Shown here: positions 1 through 7,728 of the stretch, in pieces
How positions within the stretch are numbered: the stretch's first letter is position 1
How the letters are laid out: every line of letters begins with the position of its first letter
Assembly (NCBI GenBank): GCA_013360295.1
Contig: JABWCL010000024.1
Span: 1,529 to 65,528 of the forward strand
DNA: 64,000 bases
Origin: Ignavibacteriaceae bacterium
GTDB taxonomy: Bacteria > Bacteroidota > Ignavibacteria > Ignavibacteriales > Ignavibacteriaceae
Direction of reading: 5' to 3'
Program-made: the position numbers and the translations under genes
The notes under the pieces: model-generated
Told to the model about the DNA's origin: nothing
The model's input: only the letters and a program-made list of their open reading frames with translations
Database searches by the model: none

Positions 1-1
1 C

Positions 2-628
2 GCCGGAATAAAAAATGTCGGGCTTATTCACAGGGGTTTTAGTGTCTACGGGAATATGGAATACCGGTACGCTCCGATGTGGCATCTCGCGATCGAAATG
101 AAGAGGCGTTACCCGGAATTAATAATGCTCTGCGACCCGACTCACATCTCAGGCAGAAGGGATATCATTCATACTGTGGCGCAGCGGGCTATTGATCTTG
201 ATTTTGACGGGCTGATGATTGAGAGTCATATTAATCCGGATGATGCCCTTACGGATAAAAAGCAGCAGGTTACTCCTGCAATGCTCAGTGAAATATTAAG
301 CTCCATAATCTGGAAGCAGGAAAAAAGTCCTGAACCCGAGAAGAACCTCATACTAATGCAGTTAAGGTCACAGATAGACCAGATAGATGATGAACTGATT
401 CAATTGCTGGTAAAGCGAATGCAAGTGTCTGATAAGATCGGATTATTTAAGAAGGAAAATAATATAACTATCCTTCAGCCGGAAAGATGGAATGAAATTC
501 TGCAGAAGGAAATTGAGAAGGGCGCGAAACTTGGCCTCAGCAGTGAATTTATAAAGAGCTACCTGGAAGCAGTACACGGCGAGAGTATTAACAGGCAGAA
601 CGCGGTTATTTATGAAAGGAAGGAGTGA
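2..628 (+). CDS. Bifunctional 3-deoxy-7-phosphoheptulonate (DAHP) synthase / chorismate mutase type II, 5'-truncated by the window edge
   Basis: The frame is open from nt 2 (AGIKNVGLIHRGFS...), upstream of the listed Met. The KDO8P/DAHPS-Ibeta-like segment reads HISGRRD...DGLMIESHINPDDALTDKKQQ. The C-terminal chorismate mutase helix reads LRSQIDQIDDELIQLLVKRMQVS. A C-terminal CM arrangement is known from Porphyromonas-type DAHPS. Confidence 0.85.
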   Translation, partial: AGIKNVGLIHRGFSVYGNMEYRYAPMWHLAIEMKRRYPELIMLCDPTHISGRRDIIHTVAQRAIDLDFDGLMIESHINPDDALTDKKQQVTPAMLSEILSSIIWKQEKSPEPEKNLILMQLRSQIDQIDDELIQLLVKRMQVSDKIGLFKKENNITILQPERWNEILQKEIEKGAKLGLSSEFIKSYLEAVHGESINRQNAVIYERKE

Positions 629-667
629 AGTTTTGTCAACCGGATTTCAATTTTCTAGGTTTATAGA

Positions 668-1339
668 TTAACTAGCTAATTCTTGAAACCCTTTCAGAGT
701 CTCAGAAAGAAATTTCCTGGTTAAGTAATGATCTTTTCGACCGTCCGCTCCCTCAATCCCCGTATGCACATCAACACCCGCCGGACGGGTGGCGAGGATT
801 GCGGCTTTTACGTTTGACGGTTTCAATCCTCCTGCAATAATAACAGGTTTCGGTGAGATCTCGACGAGCCTTCTGCTGATATTCCAGTCGTGAGTTCTTC
901 CTGTCGCGCCTTCAGCGCCGGTTGAAGGATCAAAAGTATCGGTGATGAACATATCACAATATGGGCTGAGTGCCTCAACTGTTTCCTCCAACTCAGTAAG
1001 ATTGTCCCCCCGAACAACAAGGCTTTTTATGACCTGGATGCCGGGGGTTGATTCCTTTAACCGTTTCAGTTCACCGGGTGATATACCGCCGTGAAGCTGG
1101 ACTATTTTCACTCCCAGAAAATTGCAGAAAGTTATTATTTCGTCGGCCTTGTCGAGATATGTAATAAGCACGGCTTTGTGCGGAGGCAGGATAGTTTTTA
1201 TAACCTCAACCGCTTCCTCTTCTGTCAGGTCTTCCTTATTTACGGGCAGCCTAAGGGGGAAGCCAAGATACTCAACTCCCAGATTCATAAGCATGCGTGC
1301 TTCTTCTTTATCAATTATTCCGGCAACTTGTATAATCAT
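668..1339 (-). CDS. trpF: Phosphoribosylanthranilate isomerase
   Basis: 223 aa TIM-barrel pattern: VQLHG, THDWNIS, IIAGGLKPSNV, PAGVDVHTGIEGADGRKD. Confidence 0.85.
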   Translation of the reverse strand: MIIQVAGIIDKEEARMLMNLGVEYLGFPLRLPVNKEDLTEEEAVEVIKTILPPHKAVLITYLDKADEIITFCNFLGVKIVQLHGGISPGELKRLKESTPGIQVIKSLVVRGDNLTELEETVEALSPYCDMFITDTFDPSTGAEGATGRTHDWNISRRLVEISPKPVIIAGGLKPSNVKAAILATRPAGVDVHTGIEGADGRKDHYLTRKFLSETLKGFQELAS

Positions 1340-1654
1340 TTGTCGTATCTCTTTTTAAGTAATAAACAGACAGAATTCTAATTATGGAAAATAATCAGCG
1401 TATTTAATTTTTCCAGCAGAATTCGCCTTTTTCAGAATAATAAGTAGAAGATGATGCAGGTCACGCGAAACCGTAAATTCAACATAAACTTAATAATATT
1501 TTTTGCTGGGTAAACTATTCTTTCTATTTTCATTGCCGGCTGTCTTTTTTTCTTCCATATCATCCTGCTCCGTCCCGATATGAAGAAATAAGTTTTATCA
1601 AAACCATAAAGCCGGCTCCCACAAATTTTTATAGTTTATCAAAAAGGAGAGAGT

Positions 1655-2896
1655 ATGAGGCAAAGCCTTACAATTTTGTTGATCGTTTCACTAATATGTT
1701 TGTCTGCTTATCCGCAATCCGGATGGGTTGCCCAGAACAGCGGTACAACTTCCAAGTCGTGGAATGTATATTTCCTTGACGGGAATACAGGTTTCATTCC
1801 CTTCAACAGCGGAGAAGTTGCGAAAACCACTGACGGAGGTACGACCTGGAATAAGATAACACCGAATCCCGGCGGGTATCTGTTCAGTAATTTCTGGCTT
1901 AACTCAAATACCGGCTGGATCACCGGCCTGAGCGGGCAGATCAAAAAAACCACTGATGGAGGTGCTACGTGGAATACACAGACATCAGGTACAACCAGCC
2001 ACGTTTTTAATATCAAATTTCTGAATGAAAACACCGGCTACGCTGCCGCCGGGTCAGGCTTTACAAATGGCGCATTACTTAAAACCACTAACGGGGGTGC
2101 GAACTGGACGACGTCAGCTTCTTTGCCAGCAGTAGCAATGTTTAATATCTGGGCCACCGATGAGAACCATGTCTGGGCAACCGGACTTTATGGTAAACTT
2201 TACCGCTCAACAAACGGCGGAACTTCGTGGGATACCTCTTCGATAAGTGGTTATCCGGAACTGCGTGGTGTTCATTTTATTAATAATACAACAGGTTGGC
2301 TCGTCGGAGGCTTTCCGACAACAATAGTAAAGACAACAGATGGCGGTGCTACGTGGACCGCCCAGTCGGCAGGAGTATCTTCATATTTACTGTCTGTATG
2401 TTTTACCGATGTCAATAACGGATGGGTTTCAGGTGCCGAAGGTACCGTACTGAAAACAACTAACGGCGGAACCACCTGGACAAAAGAAGTGACAGGCACG
2501 ACGGTTTCTCTTTATTCGGTTTTCTTTGTGAACAGTACAACCGGTTGGGTTGTCGGAGATTCCGGTAAAGTCTTTAAGACCGGCGGGCTTACAGGATTGG
2601 AAGATCAGAGCCTTTCTAACGGCACATCCCCGGGTTCATTTGAACTTTCTCAGAATTATCCGAATCCATTTAATCCGTCTACAAGAATATCATACAGCCT
2701 GCCCGAAGATGGATTGGCGTCGCTGAAAGTTTATAATATTCTCGGCAGGGAAGTCACAACCCTCGTAAATGAGATGCAAGAGGTGGGAAGCCACTCGGTG
2801 GATTTTAATGCTGCAAATCTGCCCGCTGGAGTTTACTTGTATGAACTCCGCTCGGGAAAATACAGAAGCGTGAGGAAGTTAACCTTAACAAAATAG
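1655..2896 (+). CDS. Secreted BNR/Ycf48-like repeat protein with T9SS C-terminal sorting domain
   Basis: Has a signal peptide. There are at least 7 repeats of the K(T/S)T(D/N)GG(T/A)(T/N)W type. The C-terminus reads NYPNPFNPSTRISYSLP...GVYLYELRSG, typical of a Por/T9SS type A CTD. Confidence 0.85.
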   Translation: MRQSLTILLIVSLICLSAYPQSGWVAQNSGTTSKSWNVYFLDGNTGFIPFNSGEVAKTTDGGTTWNKITPNPGGYLFSNFWLNSNTGWITGLSGQIKKTTDGGATWNTQTSGTTSHVFNIKFLNENTGYAAAGSGFTNGALLKTTNGGANWTTSASLPAVAMFNIWATDENHVWATGLYGKLYRSTNGGTSWDTSSISGYPELRGVHFINNTTGWLVGGFPTTIVKTTDGGATWTAQSAGVSSYLLSVCFTDVNNGWVSGAEGTVLKTTNGGTTWTKEVTGTTVSLYSVFFVNSTTGWVVGDSGKVFKTGGLTGLEDQSLSNGTSPGSFELSQNYPNPFNPSTRISYSLPEDGLASLKVYNILGREVTTLVNEMQEVGSHSVDFNAANLPAGVYLYELRSGKYRSVRKLTLTK

Positions 2897-2949
2897 AAAA
2901 ACAATGGGGAATTTATAACAGATAAGTAATAATTATAAATACAAATCAG

Positions 2950-2995
2950 TTCCTGCCGGGTGGCTCCTGCTATCCGGCGGGAATAAAATTTTTAC
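2950..2995 (+). terminator. Probable intrinsic terminator after the BNR/T9SS gene
   Basis: 10-bp stem TTCCTGCCGG (2950-2959) / CCGGCGGGAA (2974-2983) with one G.T pair, followed by TAAAATTTTT. Confidence 0.5.
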
Positions 2996-3063
2996 CCTTG
3001 CTATTTGCCCGCCAGGCAGGGATTAAAATATAACGAAGTTTCGTACGCAATATTAAAAATGTG

Positions 3064-3135
3064 ACGCAGGTTCCCGCGGAGCGGAATAAATATCCGCCTG
3101 CAAGCGGTGAAGTATAACAAGACTTCGTAAAAACC
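3064..3135 (+). repeat. Conserved intergenic element, copy A (candidate structured RNA or REP-like repeat)
   Basis: acGCAGGttcccgcggagcgg...CCTGCaagcggtgaagtataacaagacttcgtaaaaacc. A second copy in the same orientation lies at 41802-41873. Confidence 0.5.
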
Positions 3136-3466
3136 TAACCAAAGTTCTGGTGGATCAGCCATCTAAAAACCGTTCACGGGAAAATATCCCGTGGTACACA
3201 AGTAAATATAATAACACCCGTGCCTGTGGGGACCCGAGTGATGCCAGGATATCCGCAAATGGCTGAAGCCATTCAACTGCATTTATATAATTAGACGATT
3301 GGATTATGGGAGGCAGTTAATAAAAACAAAGTTACAGCTTTTTATTGTAATTTTTTTGTCTCTTGTGATTTAATACTTATTTTGCGACGCGATAGTACGA
3401 TCCTGAAAGGGCATCAAAGGGATTGGTGCTTCGTCAGATTTTTCAATCATTCCGGAAGAGTAAATT

Positions 3467-3901
3467 ATGAATCCAATATTAAAAGGTATCCTGGCAGTTG
3501 TTGCCGGTGTTATAGTCGGCAGCGCTGTAAATATGGCCATTGTGATGGCCGGGCCTTCAGTAATTCCACCACCCGGCGGCGCTGATGTCACGACAATGGA
3601 AGGGCTTAAAGCCTCGCTCCATCTTTTCGAACCGAAGCATTTTATTATGCCATTCCTCGCGCACGCGCTTGGCGCACTTTCCGGCGCATTCCTTGCTGCA
3701 TTGATAGCACCTTCCCGTAAACTGTGGTATGCGCTGGGGATTGGATTATGGAATCTTGTCGGCGGAGTGATGAACACATATTTACTTCCCTCTCCTCTAT
3801 GGTTCACGATACTGGATTTAACTGTCGCTTATCTGCCTATGGGTTACCTCGGCTGGAAATTAGCAGACAGATTTTCTTCGCCGGAAAAAGTGTCCGCCTG
3901 A
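3467..3901 (+). CDS. Hypothetical small integral membrane protein
   Basis: 144 aa with about 4 hydrophobic spans. Coding-like composition. No family recognised. Confidence 0.6.
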   Translation: MNPILKGILAVVAGVIVGSAVNMAIVMAGPSVIPPPGGADVTTMEGLKASLHLFEPKHFIMPFLAHALGALSGAFLAALIAPSRKLWYALGIGLWNLVGGVMNTYLLPSPLWFTILDLTVAYLPMGYLGWKLADRFSSPEKVSA

Positions 3902-4047
3902 GTGCTCCTGTAATTTCCCGAAATAAGCGAAATACGTTAGGAAATCTGAAAATCCGATTTTTTGAAAATTTTAAAAAAGCAGGATTTCAGGAAGAAAACG
4001 GGGAAAAGAATTATTGGTGCGCATCATAAATTTTTTTGGCACACCAG

Positions 4048-4076
4048 TTGCATTTTACAAAAAAAAGTTTTAACTT
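4048..4076 (+). promoter_or_regulatory. Candidate sigma-70-type promoter for the tRNA-rpmG-secE-nusG cluster
   Basis: TTGCAT (4048-4053), 17-nt spacer, TAACTT (4071-4076), about 24 nt upstream of tRNA-Tyr. The -10 is weak. Confidence 0.3.
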
Positions 4077-4099
4077 ATTAGTTCGTTTCTAAAATTGTC

Positions 4100-4183
4100 G
4101 GGCGGACGCCGGAGTTGGAGAGCCGGGGCGGACTGTAAATCCGTTGGCATACGCCTTTGGGGGTTCGAATCCCTCGCCGCCCA
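4100..4183 (+). tRNA. tRNA-Tyr (anticodon GTA), long variable arm
   Basis: Folded by hand. Anticodon stem-loop GCGGA-CTGTAAA-TCCGT, long variable arm, T-arm GGGGG-TTCGAAT-CCCTC. The acceptor stem has one 7-66 mismatch, so ends are +/-2 nt. No encoded CCA. Confidence 0.85.
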
Positions 4184-4199
4184 CAATCTATTTTTTTAG

Positions 4200-4272
4200 G
4201 CGGGAGTAACTCAGTTGGTAGAGTCACAGCCTTCCAAGCTGTTGGTCGCGGGTTCGAGTCCCGTCTCCCGCT
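4200..4272 (+). tRNA. tRNA-Gly (anticodon TCC)
   Basis: Complete cloverleaf: acceptor GCGGGAG/CTCCCGC, anticodon loop CTTCCAA, T-arm GCGGG-TTCGAGT-CCCGT. Confidence 0.95.
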
Positions 4273-4295
4273 CAGTAATTGAAATTTTTTCAATT

Positions 4296-4368
4296 GCTGA
4301 CGTAGCTCAGTTGGTAGAGCACATCCTTGGTAAGGATGAGGTCACCGGTTCAATCCCGGTCGTCAGCT
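4296..4368 (+). tRNA. tRNA-Thr (anticodon GGT)
   Basis: Complete cloverleaf: acceptor GCTGACG/CGTCAGC, anticodon loop TTGGTAA, T-arm ACCGG-TTCAATC-CCGGT. Confidence 0.95.
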
Positions 4369-4389
4369 CAAAATATAAGGAAAATTAAT

Positions 4390-4539
4390 ATGCGCGATAT
4401 TATAACACTTGAATGCACAGAGTGCAAAAGAAGAAATTATTCCACTACTAAAAATAAACGTACCCATCCGGCGAGAGTGGAATTTAAAAAATACTGTCCA
4501 AGCTGCAAGAAGCACATTATTCACAAGGAAACTAAATAA
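4390..4539 (+). CDS. rpmG: 50S ribosomal protein L33
   Basis: [49 protein letters not shown], with CxxC...CxxC. The listed ORF start at 4327 overlaps tRNA-Thr, so the ATG at 4390 preceded by AAGGA is used. Confidence 0.93.
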   Translation: MRDIITLECTECKRRNYSTTKNKRTHPARVEFKKYCPSCKKHIIHKETK

Positions 4540-4556
4540 CTATTCAGAAATTTAGT

Positions 4557-4629
<73 letters not shown>

Positions 4630-4657
4630 CGACGTTTTTCTCAATACCTTACAGCCT

Positions 4658-4840
4658 ATGAAAGAAAAAATAAAAAACTACGTTAATGATGTCGTAAAGG
4701 AAATGAAAAAAGTTACCTGGCCGACTCAGGAAGAACTGAAGGAATCCACCTGGATAGTGATTGCTACCTGCCTGGTTTTCGCGGTATTTACCTATATTAT
4801 TGATATGGGGATCACCCAGGTCTTTAAAGGAATATTCTAA
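4658..4840 (+). CDS. secE: Preprotein translocase subunit SecE
   Basis: 60 aa with a single TM. KVTWPT motif. Located between tRNA-Trp and nusG. Confidence 0.92.
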   Translation: MKEKIKNYVNDVVKEMKKVTWPTQEELKESTWIVIATCLVFAVFTYIIDMGITQVFKGIF

Positions 4841-4845
4841 CCTGA

Positions 4846-5385
4846 ATGGAAGCTAAATGGTATGTGATCCGTACTTTTTCCGGGCACGAAACAAAGGTTA
4901 AGAATTTTATTGATGCAGAGATAAAGGAGAACCAGAAACTCCGCGACCGCATCGTGGAAATTCTGGTGCCGCTCGAAAAAGTTTACGAAGTTAAGGACGG
5001 TAAAAAAAGAACCAAGACAAAAAATTTCTATCCCGGCTATGTTCTTCTGAACGCAGACCTGGATGCTTACGTTAAGGACTTCGTTCTAAATACTCCCGCG
5101 GTGATGGGATTTCTTGGTAAGAGCCGTTCTGAAGCTGACGCTCTTCATCCTGATGAAGTTAAGCGGATCATCGGAAGGATCAAACAGGAAGAGGACGGCG
5201 AAAGAATGGATACACTCTTCAGAAGCGGTGACCACGTGAAAATTATTGACGGGCCGTTCAATAACTTCAGCGGAGTGGTGGAAGAGGTTAATGAGGAAAG
5301 AATGAAGATTAAGGTGCTTGTTTCCATTTTTGGAAGGAAGACTCCTATAGAAATAGATTTTGTTCAGGCAGAACTTGAAAAGTAA
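4846..5385 (+). CDS. nusG: Transcription termination/antitermination factor NusG
   Basis: WYVIRTFSGHE N-terminus (NGN domain), C-terminal KOW motif (GDHVKIIDGPFNNFSGVV), conserved synteny. Confidence 0.97.
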   Translation: MEAKWYVIRTFSGHETKVKNFIDAEIKENQKLRDRIVEILVPLEKVYEVKDGKKRTKTKNFYPGYVLLNADLDAYVKDFVLNTPAVMGFLGKSRSEADALHPDEVKRIIGRIKQEEDGERMDTLFRSGDHVKIIDGPFNNFSGVVEEVNEERMKIKVLVSIFGRKTPIEIDFVQAELEK

Positions 5386-5404
5386 TTAGAAAAGGTAAAA
5401 GAAT

Positions 5405-5827
5405 ATGGCAAAGAAAATAACAGGATATGTAAAGCTTCAGATACCGGCAGGGAAGGCCAATCCTTCACCTCCAGTCGGTCCGGCGCTCGGTCAGAAGGGC
5501 GTAAATATTATGGAGTTTTGCAAGCAGTTTAACGCCCGCACATCAGGCCAGGAAGGGTTGATTATCCCTGTTGTTATAACGGTGTTCTCTGATAAGTCGT
5601 TCACCTTTATAACCAAGACACCTCCGGCAGCAGTATTATTGCTTAAAGCCGCAAAACTGGAAAAAGGTTCAGCAGAATCCAACAGGACAAAGGTTGGTAA
5701 AGTAACCTCCGCGCAGGTTGAGGAAATCGCAAAACTTAAAATGCCTGATTTGAATGCTAACGACGTCGAACACGCGATGAGTATGGTTAAAGGTACCGCG
5801 CGCTCGATGGGTATTACTGTAGAATAA
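5405..5827 (+). CDS. rplK: 50S ribosomal protein L11
   Basis: [43 protein letters not shown]. Confidence 0.98.
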   Translation: MAKKITGYVKLQIPAGKANPSPPVGPALGQKGVNIMEFCKQFNARTSGQEGLIIPVVITVFSDKSFTFITKTPPAAVLLLKAAKLEKGSAESNRTKVGKVTSAQVEEIAKLKMPDLNANDVEHAMSMVKGTARSMGITVE

Positions 5828-5849
5828 TAATTTTTAGATCGGTGAGAAA

Positions 5850-6545
5850 ATGAAAGTTTCAAAAAGAGTTAAAACGTTTTCTGAAAAAGTTGACAAAAAC
5901 AAAGAATACACACTTAAAGACGCTGTTCAGCTGATTAAGGATAGTTCAAAGGTAAAATTTGACGAGTCCCTTGATTGCGCTATTAAGTTAGGCGTTGATC
6001 CCCGCCACGCTGACCAGATGGTCAGAGGTACGGTTTCCCTTCCTCACGGTACCGGTAAAACTGTAAGAGTGCTGGTTGTGACCAAAGGTGCAAAAGCCCA
6101 GGAAGCTCTTGATGCCGGCGCTGACTTTGCGGGTTTTGAGGAATATCTTGAGAAAATTAAAGGCGGCTGGGCTGATGTAGATGTTGTAATCGCTTCACCA
6201 GACGTTATGGGTGAACTCGGAAAACTTGGAAAGATCCTTGGTCCGAAGGGTTTGATGCCCAACCCGAAAAGCGGCACAGTTACTCCTGATGTAGCGAAAG
6301 CTGTTAAAGAAGTAAAAGCCGGTAAAATCGAATTCAGAGTCGAAAAAGCAGGTATTGTACATACCGCGCTTGGAAAACTCTCTTTCGATACCGATAAATT
6401 GGTTGACAACGCACATGCGTTCCTCAACACAATTATCAAAATGAAGCCAGCTTCAGCCAAAGGCACATATGTGAAGAGTGTTTTTCTCTCCAGCACGATG
6501 GGTCCCGGTGTGAAGGTAACCAAAGATGAGCTAGCTGCTCATTAA
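5850..6545 (+). CDS. rplA: 50S ribosomal protein L1
   Basis: Motifs [21 protein letters not shown] and [19 protein letters not shown]. Confidence 0.98.
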   Translation: MKVSKRVKTFSEKVDKNKEYTLKDAVQLIKDSSKVKFDESLDCAIKLGVDPRHADQMVRGTVSLPHGTGKTVRVLVVTKGAKAQEALDAGADFAGFEEYLEKIKGGWADVDVVIASPDVMGELGKLGKILGPKGLMPNPKSGTVTPDVAKAVKEVKAGKIEFRVEKAGIVHTALGKLSFDTDKLVDNAHAFLNTIIKMKPASAKGTYVKSVFLSSTMGPGVKVTKDELAAH

Positions 6546-6634
6546 TTATAATTGACTATTACGCACAATAAAGAATAAATCTACGCTTCTAGGCCCGATT
6601 TAATTAACGATTCAATTTATTATTGAAGTGAAAA

Positions 6635-7156
6635 ATGGATAAAAACCAAAAAGCAGAAATAATCCGTGAAGTAGTGGATCTTCTGAAGAATAATACAGCC
6701 GTATATCTGACAGATTATTCCGGCATTAATGTAGAAGACCTCAGCAAGATCAGACGCGAGTTCCGGAAAGAAGGAATAACCTATAAGGTTATTAAGAATA
6801 CGTTATTTAAGCGGGCAATTGATGAAGTAGGCGGATACGAAAAATTAGATGGCCACTTAAAGGGAATGATAGGTTACGCGTTCAACTCGGAAAACCCGTC
6901 GGCACCTGCGAAGATCATCAAGAAGTATTATGACGACAAGCAGAAACTTCCGCTCGTAGCCTGCTACATTGATTCCGCATATTACGATGGCAGCCAGTTA
7001 GATACCCTGGCGACCATGCCTTCAAAACCCGAAATTATTGCCGGTATACTTGGCAGCCTCAATGCGCCTGCATCCGGTATTGTCGGTTCAATCAATGCTG
7101 TTATGAGAGAACTCGTCAGTGTTATCGATGAGATTTCCAAGAAAAAAGCAGCATAA
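6635..7156 (+). CDS. rplJ: 50S ribosomal protein L10
   Basis: 173 aa, position between rplA and rplL, L10-like N-terminus. Confidence 0.95.
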   Translation: MDKNQKAEIIREVVDLLKNNTAVYLTDYSGINVEDLSKIRREFRKEGITYKVIKNTLFKRAIDEVGGYEKLDGHLKGMIGYAFNSENPSAPAKIIKKYYDDKQKLPLVACYIDSAYYDGSQLDTLATMPSKPEIIAGILGSLNAPASGIVGSINAVMRELVSVIDEISKKKAA

Positions 7157-7190
7157 ACAAACATTTTTTAATTAAAGGAGTATATTTATA

Positions 7191-7577
7191 ATGTCAGAAA
7201 AAGTTGCAGAATTAGTAGAAAAAATCAAAGCGCTTACTTTAGTAGAAGCGTCAGAATTAAAGAAAGCCCTTGAAGATGAATTTGGTGTTACAGCAGCAGC
7301 CCCTATGATGATGGGCGCGATGCCGGCAGCCGGCGCCGCGGCAGCAGCAGCTCCCGTTGAAGAACAGACTGAATTTGATGTCATTCTTTCTTCAGCCGGC
7401 GAAAAGAAAATCAACGTTATTAAGGTTGTCAGAGCTCACACAGGCTTAGGCTTGAAAGAAGCGAAAGACCTCGTTGACGGCGCTCCAAAGACTGTTAAAG
7501 AAGCAGTCAGCAAAGACGAAGCTGAGAAAATAAGAAAAGAGCTCGAAGAAGCAGGAGCAGCTGTACAGGTTAAGTAA
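7191..7577 (+). CDS. rplL: 50S ribosomal protein L7/L12
   Basis: Ala-rich hinge ([10 protein letters not shown]). C-terminal domain [32 protein letters not shown]. Confidence 0.98.
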   Translation: MSEKVAELVEKIKALTLVEASELKKALEDEFGVTAAAPMMMGAMPAAGAAAAAAPVEEQTEFDVILSSAGEKKINVIKVVRAHTGLGLKEAKDLVDGAPKTVKEAVSKDEAEKIRKELEEAGAAVQVK

Positions 7578-7620
7578 AAAGCTTTTGCTTAAAACGACCA
7601 AGTACAATTATCGCAAAAGT

Positions 7621-7655
7621 GATAAGGCGGAGGAGTCCGTCTTATCGCTTTTTTT
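7621..7655 (+). terminator. rplL-rpoB intergenic hairpin with T-tract (attenuator/terminator)
   Basis: GATAAGGCGG-aggagt-CCGTCTTATC followed by GCTTTTTTT. Same location as the partial terminator known between rplL and rpoB in E. coli. Confidence 0.7.
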
Positions 7656-7728
7656 ATGTTTTAGGGCGGACACAATGTTTTTTGAAACCATGAATTTGAA
7701 TAAAGACAACAAATGGAGGTCTTTTTAA

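Noticed and set aside
2897-3466. Housekeeping RNA (RNase P RNA, SRP/4.5S RNA, tmRNA, 6S RNA) or a known riboswitch in the long spacer
   Set aside because: I could not find the conserved RNase P GAGGAAAGUCC-type block, the SRP domain IV GGAA/AGCA motif, a tmRNA tag ORF with a tRNA-like 3' end, or any riboswitch core I recognise. This is left as an uncharacterised hairpin-rich region.
3370-4029. ORFs 3370-3807 (-), 3382-3585 (+) and 3724-4029 (+) overlapping the 3467-3901 membrane protein gene
   Set aside because: The 3467-3901 frame gives a coherent multi-TM protein. The others are Arg/Ser/Cys-rich shadow frames, or they run into AT-rich intergenic DNA.
4078-4389. ORF 4078-4293 (-), and the 5' extension of the rpmG ORF back to 4327
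   Set aside because: Both overlap the tRNA-Tyr, tRNA-Gly and tRNA-Thr genes. The conserved L33 sequence starts at the ATG at 4390, which has an upstream AAGGA.
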